Part shown: positions 32,714 to 43,690 of the stretch, piece after piece
How positions within the stretch are numbered: the first letter of the stretch is position 1
Layout of the letters: each line of letters starts with the position of its first letter
Origin: Burkholderiales bacterium
Lineage (GTDB): Bacteria; Pseudomonadota; Gammaproteobacteria; Burkholderiales; Burkholderiaceae_C
NCBI GenBank assembly: GCA_031379365.1
Contig: JANNFB010000026.1
Span: 173-64,172, forward strand
Length of the DNA stretch: 64,000 nt
Direction of reading: 5' to 3'
Program-made: the position numbers and the translations under genes
The notes under the pieces: model-generated
What the model was told of the DNA's origin: nothing
The model's database searches: none
The model's input: only the letters and a program-made list of their open reading frames with translations

Positions 32714-33037
32714 ATGGCCACCGCCAAGTCATCGTCTTCGTCCGTGCCGCTGGGTCTGCCCCTGGCGCGGGCGCTGGACCAGAACACCAGCCTGGCCAAC
32801 CTGACACGTCGGCTGGCGCAGTCGAATGCGCGCTACGCCGCAGTCCGTCTGCAGTTGCCCGAAGCAATGCGTTCGCTGGTGCAACCGGGTCCGATCGACG
32901 AGGAAGGCTGGTCGCTGCTGGCCTCCAATGCGGCTGTGGCCGCCAAGTTGCGTCACCTGCTGCCGCGTCTGTCAGACACATTGCGCGAGCAGGGCTGGCC
33001 GGAACTGCCGATTCGCGTGCACATACGCGCGCGCTGA
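32714..33037 (+). CDS. dciA: DUF721 (DciA-like) protein
   Basis: 107 aa: ...LTRRLAQSNARYAAVRLQLPEAMRSLVQPGPIDEEGWSLLASNAAVAAKLRHLLPRL... It is divergent from the M23-secA block, as is usual for DUF721 genes. The family name is from recollection. Confidence 0.6.
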   Translation: MATAKSSSSSVPLGLPLARALDQNTSLANLTRRLAQSNARYAAVRLQLPEAMRSLVQPGPIDEEGWSLLASNAAVAAKLRHLLPRLSDTLREQGWPELPIRVHIRAR

Positions 33038-33054
33038 CCGCTCCGGGTTCGGGG

Positions 33055-33130
33055 TGGTGCCGACTGTCCGAATCGAACGGACGACCTTCCGCTTACAAGG
33101 CGGGTGCTCTACCAGCTGAGCTAAGTCGGC
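33055..33130 (-). tRNA. tRNA-Thr (anticodon UGU)
   Basis: The reverse complement is GCCGACTTAGCTCAGCTGGTAGAGCACCCGCCTTGTAAGCGGAAGGTCGTCCGTTCGATTCGGACAGTCGGCACCA. It folds as a cloverleaf with anticodon loop CT-TGT-AA and an encoded CCA. Confidence 0.95.
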
Positions 33131-33171
33131 ACGGTCCGCAAGGATTCTAGGCCGGCGTGCCAGGCACCACG

Positions 33172-33720
33172 TTACTTGATGCGCTTGAGCGAGGGGCGTG
33201 CGCCGCCGGGCGCGGGCGGCGGCTCCGGTGGCTCGCCCGGCGGCACGATCTGGCTGACCGTGGCGCTTGGTGTCGGCGCAGGCGCGGGCGAGTTGACCGC
33301 TGTCAAGCGTGGGCCAGCGCGGGCCACCGCATCGCCGGCAGACAAAACCGCAGGCCCGGCAGTGCTCGCACCACCCGCGCCCGTCGGCACCGGAAACGCC
33401 ATGCCCTGGCCGTTCTCTCGAGCGTAGATGGCCACGACATGGTCGATCGGCACGACGATCTCGCGGGCGCTGCCGCCGAAGCGGGCCTTGAACTCGATCT
33501 GCTCGTTGCCGAGCTTGAGGCCGCTGGTGGCTTCGAAGCCAACGTTGAGCACGATCTCGTTGTTCTTGACGTACTCCTGTGGCACCTGCACGCTGGCGTC
33601 GACGAACACCGCGACATAGGGTGTGAAGCCGTTGTCGGTACACCAGTCGTGCAGCGCGCGGATCAGGTAGGGCCGCGTCGAGCTGCCCTGGCCTTCGGGG
33701 GATAACGGTATCGTGGCCAT
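33172..33720 (-). CDS. sspB: ClpXP adaptor / stringent starvation protein B
   Basis: ...STRPYLIRALHDWCTDNGFTPYVAVFVDASVQVPQEYVKNNEIVLNV..., a Pro/Ala-rich linker, and a C-terminal ClpX-binding-like tail RPSLKRIK. Confidence 0.9.
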   Translation of the reverse strand: MATIPLSPEGQGSSTRPYLIRALHDWCTDNGFTPYVAVFVDASVQVPQEYVKNNEIVLNVGFEATSGLKLGNEQIEFKARFGGSAREIVVPIDHVVAIYARENGQGMAFPVPTGAGGASTAGPAVLSAGDAVARAGPRLTAVNSPAPAPTPSATVSQIVPPGEPPEPPPAPGGARPSLKRIK

Positions 33721-33769
33721 CTCACACAACCAAGCAAGCGGACGCCGTGGAACCGGCTTTGCCGGGCCA

Positions 33770-33815
33770 CTGGCGTCGCCCCCCTGGAGGGGAGCGGTGA
33801 AACCGCTTCGGGGAA
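33770..33815. repeat. REP-like intergenic element, copy 3
   Basis: CTGGCGTCGCCCCCCTGGAGGGGAGC followed by AGCGG-TGAAA-CCGCT. It lies between sspB and sspA. Confidence 0.45.
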
Positions 33816-33820
33816 GTCAT

Positions 33821-34435
33821 TTACTTCCGCATGACTTTCTCGGACGGGGTCAGCGCTTCGATGTAGGCCGGACGCGAAAAGATTCGCTCGGCGTACTTCA
33901 GCAGTGGCAGCGCGTTCTTCGACAGGTCGATGTCGTAATAGTCCAGGCGCCAGAGCAGCGGAGCAATGGCCACGTCGAGCATCGAGAAGTCATCGCCGAG
34001 CATGAACTTGTTCTTCAGGAAAATCGGCGCCAGCTGGGTCAGGCGGTCGCGAATCTGGCCGCGTGCCTTCTCGAGCTGTTTCTCGGTGCCCTTGACGCCG
34101 TTGCGTGCCTCGAGGATGTTGACGTTGGCGAACAACTCCTTCTCGAAGTTGAACAGGAACAGGCGCACGCGGGCGCGGGCCACCGGGTCGCCCGGCATCA
34201 GCTGCGGGTGCGGGAAGCGCTCGTCGATGTACTCATTGATGATGTGCGACTCGTACAGGATCAGGTCGCGCTCGACGAGGATGGGCACCTCGTTGTACGG
34301 ATTCATCAGTGCGATGTCTTCGGGCTTCGCGAACAGGTCGACGTCGCGGATCTCGAAATCCATGCCCTTCTCGAACAGCACGAAACGGCAGCGGTGCGAG
34401 TAAGGACAGGTGGTTCCGGAATAAAGCACCATCAT
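33821..34435 (-). CDS. sspA: Stringent starvation protein A (GST-like)
   Basis: MMVLYSGTTCPYSHRCRFVLFEKGMDFEIRDVDL...NPYNEVPILVERDLILYESHIINEYIDERFPHPQLMP. Confidence 0.93.
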   Translation of the reverse strand: MMVLYSGTTCPYSHRCRFVLFEKGMDFEIRDVDLFAKPEDIALMNPYNEVPILVERDLILYESHIINEYIDERFPHPQLMPGDPVARARVRLFLFNFEKELFANVNILEARNGVKGTEKQLEKARGQIRDRLTQLAPIFLKNKFMLGDDFSMLDVAIAPLLWRLDYYDIDLSKNALPLLKYAERIFSRPAYIEALTPSEKVMRK

Positions 34436-34488
34436 GGTGGAGGCTCCCTTGCTGGTGATCAGAAAATGGGGATGTCTGAGACAGTCTC

Positions 34489-34530
34489 AAAAACACGAAA
34501 CGCAGTGGACCCGTTGCCGGCACCCACTGC
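34489..34530 (-). terminator. Rho-independent terminator candidate after petC
   Basis: Stem GCAGTGG (34502-34508) / CCACTGC (34524-34530). On the minus strand it is followed by GTTTCGTGTTTTT. Confidence 0.5.
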
Positions 34531-34548
34531 GCTGCAAACGGCGTTCAA

Positions 34549-35322
34549 CTACTTGATGTCTTTCCAGTACGCGGCATTCAAGCGCCATGCGATCACGGTG
34601 AAGATGCCCAGGAACAGAAGCACCCAGGCGCCCAGCTGCTGGCGCGTCTTTTGCGCTGGCTCGCCGGCCCATTGCAAGAATGCCACCAGATCCGCCATGG
34701 CATTGTCGTAGGCCCGCGCATCGAGGGTGCCAGGCTTGGTAACTTCCCAGCCGCTGACGACCTCGACCTCTTTGCCATGCTCGGTGGCCTTGGTGAAGAT
34801 CGGTCGGCGTTCACCCTGCAGTTCCCACAGCACATGGGGCATCGCCACATTGGGGTAAGCCAGATTGTTCCAGCCTGTCGCCTTGCTGTCGTCGCGGTAA
34901 TAGGTGCGCAAGTAGGTGTACAAATAGTCCGCACCGCTGCCCTGGCCCGCCGCCGAACGTGAGCGCGAGACCACAGAAAGGTCTGGCGGCACGACGCCGA
35001 ACCACAGCTTGGCCTGCTTCGGATCGAGCGAGACCTTCATCGTCTCGCCCACCTTGTCAGTTGCGAACAACAGGTTCGTCTTGATCTGCTCGTTGCTCAA
35101 ACCGATGTCGTTCAACCGGTTGTAGCGAACGTAGGAGGCCGCGTGACAGTTCAGACAATAGTTGACGAACAGCTTGGCGCCATTCTGCAAAGAGGCATTG
35201 TCAGTCAGCTTCTCGACCGGAAACTTGTCCCAGGCGATGCCACCGCCTGCCGCGTGCGCAGCACCGCCAGCGAGCAGGAGAGAGACCAGCAGAGAGTGCA
35301 GGATTCGTTTGATCATGGTCAT
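34549..35322 (-). CDS. petC: Cytochrome c1 (bc1 complex)
   Basis: Signal peptide, heme motif CLNCHAASY, and a C-terminal TM anchor WVLLFLGIFTVIAWRL. Confidence 0.9.
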   Translation of the reverse strand: MTMIKRILHSLLVSLLLAGGAAHAAGGGIAWDKFPVEKLTDNASLQNGAKLFVNYCLNCHAASYVRYNRLNDIGLSNEQIKTNLLFATDKVGETMKVSLDPKQAKLWFGVVPPDLSVVSRSRSAAGQGSGADYLYTYLRTYYRDDSKATGWNNLAYPNVAMPHVLWELQGERRPIFTKATEHGKEVEVVSGWEVTKPGTLDARAYDNAMADLVAFLQWAGEPAQKTRQQLGAWVLLFLGIFTVIAWRLNAAYWKDIK

Positions 35323-35329
35323 CGTCCGC

Positions 35330-36736
35330 TCAGTGCGCGCTGAACACAACGCGCTCGGGCACCGGCTTGAAGGTGCCGAGTTGGCTCCACCACGGCATCA
35401 ACAGGAAGAAGCCAAAGTAGTAGACCGTGCCGATCTGCGCCATCAGGGTCTTGGTGTCCGACACCGTCTCGATGCCCAGCCATCCGAGGATGAAGAAGAC
35501 CACCACGAAGACCGCATACACGGCCTTGTGCCAATCGGGGCGGTAACGGATCGACTTGACGGGGCTGCGGTCGAGCCAAGGCAGCACGAACAGGATCATC
35601 ACGGAAGCACCCATCACGACGACGCCCCAGAACTTGGCGTCGAAAGTCTTGAGCAGGGCGATGGCCACCACGGCCGCCACCAACACGCTGCCCTTGATCA
35701 TGGTCGGCAGCTTGGCCTTCCAGGCGGCCATCAGCGCCGACACACCGATGATCAGGCAGAACACATTGACCATCGGGTCGGTGGTTGCGCGCAGCATCGA
35801 GTAGTAGGGCGTGAAGTACCACACCGGGGCAATGTGTGCCGGCGTCTTGAGCGGGTCGGCCGGGATGAAGTTGTTGTACTCGAGGAAGTAGCCGCCCATC
35901 TCGGGGGCGAAGAAGATGATGGCCGAGAAGATGATCATGAACACCGACACCGCCAGGATGTCGTGCACCGTGTAGTAGGGGTGAAAGGGGATGCCGTCGA
36001 GGGGGATGCCCGTCTTGGGGTCGCGGTGGTCCTTGATCTCGATGCCGTCAGGGTTGTTCGAGCCGACATCGTGCAGCGCGAAGATATGCGCCACCACCAA
36101 CCCCAGCAATACCAGCGGCAACGCGATCACGTGGAAGGCGAAGAAGCGGTTCAGGGTCGCGTCGCCGACGACATAGTCACCGCGGATCAGCAGTGCCAGG
36201 TCGGGGCCGACGAAGGGGATGGCGGCGAACAAGTTGATGATGACCTGAGCGCCCCAGTAGCTCATCTGGCCCCAAGGCAACAGGTAGCCCATGAAAGCCT
36301 CGCCCATCAGGCACAGGAAGATCGCCACGCCAAAGATCCAGACCAGCTCGCGCGGCTTGCGGTAGCTGCCGTAGAGCAGGCCGCGGAACATGTGCAGGTA
36401 GACGATGACGAAGAAGGCACTGGCGCCGGTCGAGTGCATGTAGCGCACCAGCCAGCCCCAGGGCACATCGCGCATGATGTACTCGACCGAGGCGAACGCC
36501 AGCGCCGCGTCGGGCTTGTAATGCATCACCAGGAAGATGCCGGTGACGATCTGGATCACCAGCACCAGGATCGCCAGCGCGCCAAACACGTACCAGATGT
36601 TCTGCGCCTTGGGCGCGTAGTACTCCGCCATGTGGACGCGGTAAGCGTCGAACGCGGTCGGGAAGCGGTTATGCGTCCAGAGCGTCAGTTTGTCGACGAC
36701 GGACGCCCCCGCTGGCGCCACCTTGAATTCAGCCAT
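35330..36736 (-). CDS. petB: Cytochrome b (bc1 complex)
   Basis: ...WYVFGALAILVLVIQIVTGIFLVMHY...RYMHSTGASAFF...PEWYF-type region APVWYFTPYYS. The ATG at 36734-36736 is preceded by GAGG. The track start at 36754 is a TTG. Confidence 0.93.
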   Translation of the reverse strand: MAEFKVAPAGASVVDKLTLWTHNRFPTAFDAYRVHMAEYYAPKAQNIWYVFGALAILVLVIQIVTGIFLVMHYKPDAALAFASVEYIMRDVPWGWLVRYMHSTGASAFFVIVYLHMFRGLLYGSYRKPRELVWIFGVAIFLCLMGEAFMGYLLPWGQMSYWGAQVIINLFAAIPFVGPDLALLIRGDYVVGDATLNRFFAFHVIALPLVLLGLVVAHIFALHDVGSNNPDGIEIKDHRDPKTGIPLDGIPFHPYYTVHDILAVSVFMIIFSAIIFFAPEMGGYFLEYNNFIPADPLKTPAHIAPVWYFTPYYSMLRATTDPMVNVFCLIIGVSALMAAWKAKLPTMIKGSVLVAAVVAIALLKTFDAKFWGVVVMGASVMILFVLPWLDRSPVKSIRYRPDWHKAVYAVFVVVFFILGWLGIETVSDTKTLMAQIGTVYYFGFFLLMPWWSQLGTFKPVPERVVFSAH

Positions 36737-36766
36737 GTTGTGTTGCCTCGGCAATCGTTGGGGGGA

Positions 36767-37366
36767 TCAGGCCTTCTTGTCCTCGCCGATCAGCAAAGTG
36801 CTGTCGCTGAGGTACATGTGGGGCGGCACCTCGAGGTTGTCCGGCGCCGGCTTGTTCTTGTAAACGCGGCCAGCCAGGTCGAAGGTCGAGCCGTGGCAGG
36901 GGCAGAAGAACCCGCCCTGCCAGTCGTCAGGCAGGGAGGGCTGGGCGCCGGCCTCGAGCTTGGCCGAGGGCGAGCAGCCCAGGTGGGAGCAGATGCCCAC
37001 TGCGACCAGGATTTCAGGCTTGCGTGAACGGTGTTCGTTGCGCGCGTACTCCGGCGTCAACTCGTCGGGCTTGCGCAAGGACTGCGGATCGGCGACCTGG
37101 CCGTCGGTCTTCTTCAGAGACGCCACCTGCTCGGGCGTGCGCTTGAGAATCCAGACGGGCTTGCCGCGCCACTCGACGGTCTGCATCTCGCCCACCTTCA
37201 ACGCACTGATGTCGACCTCGACGGCGGCGCCAGCGGCCTTGGCGCGCTCCGAGGGCGCAAACGTGGATACAAAAGGCACGGCGGTCGCGACGGTCCCGAG
37301 GGCACCCGCACCACAAGCGATCCCGATCCAGGTCCGGCGGCCCGGATCGACGGCGTCATTGCTCAT
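36767..37366 (-). CDS. petA: Rieske iron-sulfur subunit (bc1 complex)
   Basis: Tat-like N-terminus [11 protein letters not shown] and Rieske boxes CSHLGCSP and CPCHGSTF. Confidence 0.93.
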   Translation of the reverse strand: MSNDAVDPGRRTWIGIACGAGALGTVATAVPFVSTFAPSERAKAAGAAVEVDISALKVGEMQTVEWRGKPVWILKRTPEQVASLKKTDGQVADPQSLRKPDELTPEYARNEHRSRKPEILVAVGICSHLGCSPSAKLEAGAQPSLPDDWQGGFFCPCHGSTFDLAGRVYKNKPAPDNLEVPPHMYLSDSTLLIGEDKKA

Positions 37367-37445
37367 TCAATTCCTCGCTGGGAAGACGAAGTTCATAGGG
37401 TCAACCCGGGATTCTAGCGGACAGCTCCGCGCAGGACCTTCCGCA

Positions 37446-37506
37446 TTGACAGGCTTCCCAAGTGGGCAATACTGCGTGGCCGGACACCAGCAAAGTCCGG
37501 TGTCCG
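37446..37506 (+). promoter_or_regulatory. Candidate sigma70 promoter plus 5'-UTR hairpin upstream of mscL
   Basis: TTGACA (37446-37451), a 16-17 nt spacer, then AATACT/ATACTG (37468-37474). An 8-bp stem CGGACACC (37481-37488) / GGTGTCCG (37499-37506) follows. GGAGG precedes the ATG at 37539. Confidence 0.4.
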
Positions 37507-37538
37507 CCACCGATCCCACACTTCCGGAGGAACACAAG

Positions 37539-37967
37539 ATGAGCTTTACCAGTGAATTCAAAGAATTTGCCATGAAGGGCAACGTCGTCGACCTCGCCGT
37601 CGGCGTGATCATCGGCGCCGCCTTCGGCAAGATTGTCGATTCCATCGTCAAGGACCTGATCATGCCCCTGGTCGGCAAGGTCTTTGGGGGCCTGGACTTT
37701 TCGAACTACTTCGTTCAGCTCGGCAACCTGCCAGCGGACTACAAGGGCGCCATGACCTACGAGGCCCTGAGCAAGGCCGGCGTGCCGCTGTTCGCCTACG
37801 GCAACTTCATTACCGGGGCGATCAACTTCATCATTCTGGCCTTCATCATCTTCATGATGGTCAAGCAGATCAACCGCATGAAGGCCGAGGCCCCACCCGC
37901 GCCGGCGCCGGCCTTGCCTGAAGACGTGTTGTTGCTGCGCGAAATCCGCGACTCGCTCAAGAGGTAG
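37539..37967 (+). CDS. mscL: Large-conductance mechanosensitive channel
   Basis: [46 protein letters not shown]...[16 protein letters not shown] is the hallmark MscL sequence. Confidence 0.95.
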   Translation: MSFTSEFKEFAMKGNVVDLAVGVIIGAAFGKIVDSIVKDLIMPLVGKVFGGLDFSNYFVQLGNLPADYKGAMTYEALSKAGVPLFAYGNFITGAINFIILAFIIFMMVKQINRMKAEAPPAPAPALPEDVLLLREIRDSLKR

Positions 37968-38088
37968 GCAGCGCCGGCCCACGGGTTTGGGCCCATACTT
38001 TGAGATGTGCGGCGGCGCTAGCGCGAGGCTGGGCGCTCTGCCAGGTTGTCGTTGCACATGCCCGAGCGTCTAGCCTGCAACCCTGCCG

Positions 38089-40497
38089 ATGAATCCACCG
38101 CTGCCGCGCCTGCCTGCCGCCCTGACTGCGGCGGCGCAACGAATCAAGGTGACTGCCCGCGAGGCGGCGCAACGCTGCGTCGACGCCCTGGGCGTGGCGG
38201 CGCTGGGCAGTGCCAGCACGGCTGAACGCGAGGATTTGCTCGCCGCGCAATTCGAACTCAATCGCAAACAATCGGCGTTTGCGATGTCCTTCAACGAACG
38301 TCTGGACGACAGCCTGGCCGCCGACATGCGCCGCCGCGAGGGCACTGCGCGCACCTCGACGATCGGCTCTTCCTGGCAGTCCCTGACCCTGGTGGATGAC
38401 CGAGAAGTCGAGATCCAGGTCAGCGCGGAGCGCTTCGCCCTGACCTTGCAGCATGACTGCGAGTGGGAGTTGCGCGACCTCGACGCCCTGATGACGGGAT
38501 TGCTGCACAACCCGCACGGCAACCGCAATGAAGCCGAGGTGCGCAACCCTTTGCGCCCCGAGGTGATCGGCAAGGCCATGGTCGCTGCCTGCGACGCGAT
38601 CAGCGATCGACCCACCGTGCGCAAGGCCATGGCCGACCAGATGGCGCGCAGCCTGGCCAGCGCCATGCCGGCGCTCTACAGCACGATTGCGCAAGAAATG
38701 AAAGCCGCTGGCGTCAAGCCGCCCGAGATGGCGGTGCGCACGGTGCAAGGGCCTGGGAACGAGCTCGGCCAGTTCACGAACACCGGCTACGACACCCTGG
38801 GCAAACCGATCGGCGTGGACGCGCCCGACAGCGGGCCGGGCCGGTTGCCCAGCGGCAGCGGCGGCCTGAGCACGCGCTCGGGCAGCGGCACGCTGGCGCC
38901 GCAGCAGGCCACGATCGGGCAAGTCGATGGCGAGGTCATGAACCTGATCCGCCGCCTGGCCATGCTCGGCAACATTGCGGTCGACACGCAGATGGACGCT
39001 GCGCGCAGCTTGAACGGCGGGGGTGGGTCGGCGGCGGGCGCGCTGGGCGCGATGCCGAACCTGATCGTGGCCAATCGCGAGGAGTTGCGGCGCACGGCGA
39101 CCGGCTCGCTGGACCACATGGTCATCGACGTGGTCGGCAGCCTGTTCGATCAGATTCTGGCCGACCCCAAGGTGGCGCCGCAGATGGCGCGGCACATCGC
39201 CCGCCTGCAGCTGCCCGTCTTGCGCGCCGCGCTCGGTGACGCCACCTTCTTCTCATCCAGGCGCCACCCGGTTCGCCGCCTGGTCAACCGCATGGCCTCC
39301 CTGGCCGTGGCGTTTGACGACTACACCGCCGGCCCAGGCCTGCACTTCCTCAGCCTGGTACGCGACCTGGTCGACGACATCGTCAGCGGCGATTTCGACC
39401 AAATGTCGCTCTACGAGCAGACGCTGGACAAGATCGAATCCTTTGTCGCTGCGCAAGCCCAGCGCGATGTCGAGGAGAACAGCAACGCCTCGGCCCTGCT
39501 CGACCAGAAAGAGACCGACCTGTTGCTGCAACAGCGCTTCATGCAGCAACTGCATGCCGCCCTGACGCCGGTGCAGATGGAGGACTTCCTGCGCCAGTTC
39601 CTGGCCCAGGTCTGGAGCCAGGCGCTGATGAAGGCAACCACCTTGCATGGTGCCGACAGCGACGCCGTGCAGCGCCTGCGCGTTGCCGGCCGCGACCTGG
39701 TGATGAGCGTGCAGCCCAAGGGCTCACCGGCCGATCGCAAGGCCTTCCTGGTGCGCCTGCCCCACTTGATGCGGGATCTGAACGAAGGCCTGGCCCTGAT
39801 CGGCTGGCCGGAAGTCGCCAAGAAGGACTTTTTCGACAAGCTGATGCCAGCGCACGCGCAGTCGCTCAAGGGCACGTCCCTGCGCACGCTGGACCACAAC
39901 TTGCTGGTCAAGCAGCTCGACACGATTTTGGCCGCGCCGCTGCCCCGACCGGAGGACAACGTGCGCGGCACGAGCGCCATCCCGGTGCTCGAAGACGTGG
40001 TTTCCGGCCCCGGCTTCACGCCCGAAGAAGCGGCCCGTATCGGTCTGGTGGAAGAGAGTGCCATCGACTGGAACGGTGAAGTCGACATCGACCTCAGCGC
40101 CGAGCAGGAGGGCGAGGGTGAAGTCAACGCCAGCGACATCGACATCGAAGGCCTGCCGGCACCCGAGCCCGTCGAGCCGACCAAGGGTGCGTCGCTGGCC
40201 GATCACGTGCAGATCGGCTTCTCGTACCGCATGCACTTCGAAGACCAGTGGCACAAGGTGCGTCTCTCGCACATCAGCCCGGGCCGCACCTTCTTTGTCT
40301 TCACGCGCGGCAGCAAGCACCAGCATGCCATCTCGATGACCGCGCGCATGCTCTACCGACTGTGCGAAACCGGGCGCCTGCGCGCCTTCGAGAACGCCTA
40401 CCTGATCGAGCGCGCCACCGCCAGGGCGCGCAAGCAACTGGCTGCGCTCGGCGGCAGCGGCCACTCGACCTCAGGCGCGCCGCTCACCCGCCATTGA
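38089..40497 (+). CDS. Large conserved hypothetical protein (DUF1631-like by recollection)
   Basis: 802 aa, soluble. Includes motif ...DATFFSSRRHPVRRLVNRMASLAV... Function unknown. Confidence 0.6.
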   Translation: MNPPLPRLPAALTAAAQRIKVTAREAAQRCVDALGVAALGSASTAEREDLLAAQFELNRKQSAFAMSFNERLDDSLAADMRRREGTARTSTIGSSWQSLTLVDDREVEIQVSAERFALTLQHDCEWELRDLDALMTGLLHNPHGNRNEAEVRNPLRPEVIGKAMVAACDAISDRPTVRKAMADQMARSLASAMPALYSTIAQEMKAAGVKPPEMAVRTVQGPGNELGQFTNTGYDTLGKPIGVDAPDSGPGRLPSGSGGLSTRSGSGTLAPQQATIGQVDGEVMNLIRRLAMLGNIAVDTQMDAARSLNGGGGSAAGALGAMPNLIVANREELRRTATGSLDHMVIDVVGSLFDQILADPKVAPQMARHIARLQLPVLRAALGDATFFSSRRHPVRRLVNRMASLAVAFDDYTAGPGLHFLSLVRDLVDDIVSGDFDQMSLYEQTLDKIESFVAAQAQRDVEENSNASALLDQKETDLLLQQRFMQQLHAALTPVQMEDFLRQFLAQVWSQALMKATTLHGADSDAVQRLRVAGRDLVMSVQPKGSPADRKAFLVRLPHLMRDLNEGLALIGWPEVAKKDFFDKLMPAHAQSLKGTSLRTLDHNLLVKQLDTILAAPLPRPEDNVRGTSAIPVLEDVVSGPGFTPEEAARIGLVEESAIDWNGEVDIDLSAEQEGEGEVNASDIDIEGLPAPEPVEPTKGASLADHVQIGFSYRMHFEDQWHKVRLSHISPGRTFFVFTRGSKHQHAISMTARMLYRLCETGRLRAFENAYLIERATARARKQLAALGGSGHSTSGAPLTRH

Positions 40498-41524
40498 GCG
40501 GCCCGGCGGCCACCACCGCCCGCCGGGCCCAGCGAATCGCCGCTTCCAGACTCGCCGGGTCGGCCACGCCGCGCCCGGCGATGTCGAACGCGGTGCCGTG
40601 ATCGGGGCTGGTGCGCACGAAGGGCAGGCCCAGCGTGACGTTCACGCCCTGCTCGACGCCGAGGTACTTGACGGGGATCAGTCCGTGGTCGTGGGTCATG
40701 GCGACCACCAGGTCGAACTCGCCCCGACGCGCCCGCATGAAGACCGTGTCGGGCGCGAACGGGCCCTGGGCTGCAACACCTTCGGCAACGGCTGCCGCGA
40801 TCGCCGGCGCGATGATGCGTTGCTCTTCGTCGCCGAACAAGCCGTCTTCGCCGGCATGCGGGTTCAGGCCGGCCACCGCGATGCGCGCAGCAGGCTGGCC
40901 CCTTCCAAGCATGTGCGCCTGCGCAATGCGCAAGGTCTCCAGCACGGCGTCATAGGTCACGGCATCGATCGCCGCACGCAAGGCCAGGTGGATCGTCACC
41001 AGCACGACGCACAACTCCTCGTTGGCCAGCATCATGCGCACCGGCAGCAGCGGGCCGCCCCGCGGCGAGGCGAGTGCCTGCAGCATCTCGGTGTGTCCGG
41101 GATGCGCAATCCCGGCCGCGGCGAGTGCCGCCTTGTGCAGTGGCGCCGTGACCAGGCCCGCCGCCTCGCCGCGCTGCACAGCGCCCACGGCTGCCATGAT
41201 GCATGCCGCCGCAGCGGCCCCCGCGCGCGCGTCGACCCGGCCCCACGGCAGTTGCTCGAGCGCTGCCGGTAAACCCGGGGGCTGCCAGATCGGCACGCAG
41301 CGCGGCGGACAGGCGTGCCAATCGGCCGGCGAATCGAGGCACGCCAGTGGCCAGCCGTCGGGGGCCAGGGCCATGGCGCGTCGGATCACGCCACGATCGC
41401 CGACGACGACACAACCGTCCGCAGCGCCGCGCCGAAAAGCCTGCACGATGGTCTCGGGGCCGATCCCGCATGGGTCGCCCATGGTCAGCAACAGAGGTAG
41501 CGGCTTGGGGTCCATCGCCACCAT
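40484..41524 (-). CDS. pdxA: 4-hydroxythreonine-4-phosphate dehydrogenase
   Basis: ...LLLTMGDPCGIGPE..., HPGHTEML, SPDHGTAFDIAGRGVADPASL. Confidence 0.9.
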   Translation of the reverse strand: MVAMDPKPLPLLLTMGDPCGIGPETIVQAFRRGAADGCVVVGDRGVIRRAMALAPDGWPLACLDSPADWHACPPRCVPIWQPPGLPAALEQLPWGRVDARAGAAAAACIMAAVGAVQRGEAAGLVTAPLHKAALAAAGIAHPGHTEMLQALASPRGGPLLPVRMMLANEELCVVLVTIHLALRAAIDAVTYDAVLETLRIAQAHMLGRGQPAARIAVAGLNPHAGEDGLFGDEEQRIIAPAIAAAVAEGVAAQGPFAPDTVFMRARRGEFDLVVAMTHDHGLIPVKYLGVEQGVNVTLGLPFVRTSPDHGTAFDIAGRGVADPASLEAAIRWARRAVVAAGPLNGG

Positions 41525-41558
41525 TGTCGGTGCAGCCGGGAACCCCTTTCGATGCCGC

Positions 41559-42320
41559 TCAGGCCGGGTTGGCGATCTCGATGAAGCGATGCTCGAGCGC
41601 GAAGCGTTCAGCCACGTGACTGGCCAGCGCGGGCGCGCCGAAGCACTCCGTGGCGTGGTGGCCGCAGGCCAGGAAGGCCACGCCCGTCTCCCGTGCCAGA
41701 TGAGCCTGAGGCTCCGAGATCTCGCCCGTCAAGAAGGCATCCACGCCAGCTGCAATGGCCGCCTCGAAGTAGCCCTGCGCGCCCCCGCTGCACCAGCCGA
41801 TGCGCGTCAGCGCGCGGCCGTCGCCGGGCAGCACCAGCGGCGCGCGCCCACCCAGCCCCGCCTGAACCCGGGTCGCCAGGGCAGCCAGTGTTGCGTTGTC
41901 CCCCGCCGGACCGGCAAAGCCAAGCGCCTGCTCGCCGAAGCGGTCATCCGCAGCCAAGCCCAGACGCAGGCCGAGTTGCGCGTTGTTGCCCAGCGTGGGG
42001 TGCGCGTCCAGGGGCAGGTGGAAGGCAAACAGATTGATGCCGTGCGCCATGAGGCGCTTGACGCGCTCACCCAGCCAGCCCACCAGGCGCCCATCCTGGC
42101 CGCGCCAGAACAGACCGTGGTGGACCAGGATCGCGTCGGCGCCGTCCGCAATCGCCGCGTCGATCAAGGCCAGGCTGGCCGTCACGCCCGAGACGATGCG
42201 CCGCACCCCGGTGCGGCCCTCGACCTGCAAACCGTTCGGCCCATAATCCTTGAAGCGGCTCACCTCCAGCAGCGTGTTGAGGTAACTCTCGATCTCGTCG
42301 CGTCGGTGTGATGTGGCCAT
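41559..42320 (-). CDS. Nif3-like dinuclear metal centre protein (GTP cyclohydrolase 1 type 2 homologue)
   Basis: ...IESYLNTLLEVSRFKDYGPNGLQVEG...ILVHHGLFW...LFAFHLPLDAHP... Confidence 0.85.
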   Translation of the reverse strand: MATSHRRDEIESYLNTLLEVSRFKDYGPNGLQVEGRTGVRRIVSGVTASLALIDAAIADGADAILVHHGLFWRGQDGRLVGWLGERVKRLMAHGINLFAFHLPLDAHPTLGNNAQLGLRLGLAADDRFGEQALGFAGPAGDNATLAALATRVQAGLGGRAPLVLPGDGRALTRIGWCSGGAQGYFEAAIAAGVDAFLTGEISEPQAHLARETGVAFLACGHHATECFGAPALASHVAERFALEHRFIEIANPA

Positions 42321-42340
42321 CGAGTCCTCAGCTTTTCCCT

Positions 42341-43492
<1,152 letters not shown>

Positions 43493-43690
43493 AGGGGTCC
43501 ACCCCCAAAGCAGCTGCGCCGCTGCGCCCGCTTGGCAGGCAACGCAGTGCGCCGTCGTGATTCGTCCACGCTGCTCTGACTTCACGCGCACTTCACAAAG
43601 CAGCGCCTTTACTTCCTAGTCCCTTCGCACAGACGCGCCACTCTTGCGGCACGCCACCCAGCCGGTGGTGCAACGCGCAGGAGAGCGCTC

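Noticed and set aside
33055-33130. tRNA-Thr (and the tRNA-CAU at 58580-58656) as possible genomic-island integration sites
   Set aside because: There is no integrase, no direct repeat of the tRNA 3' end and no compositional shift next to either tRNA. The flanking genes are ordinary core genes.
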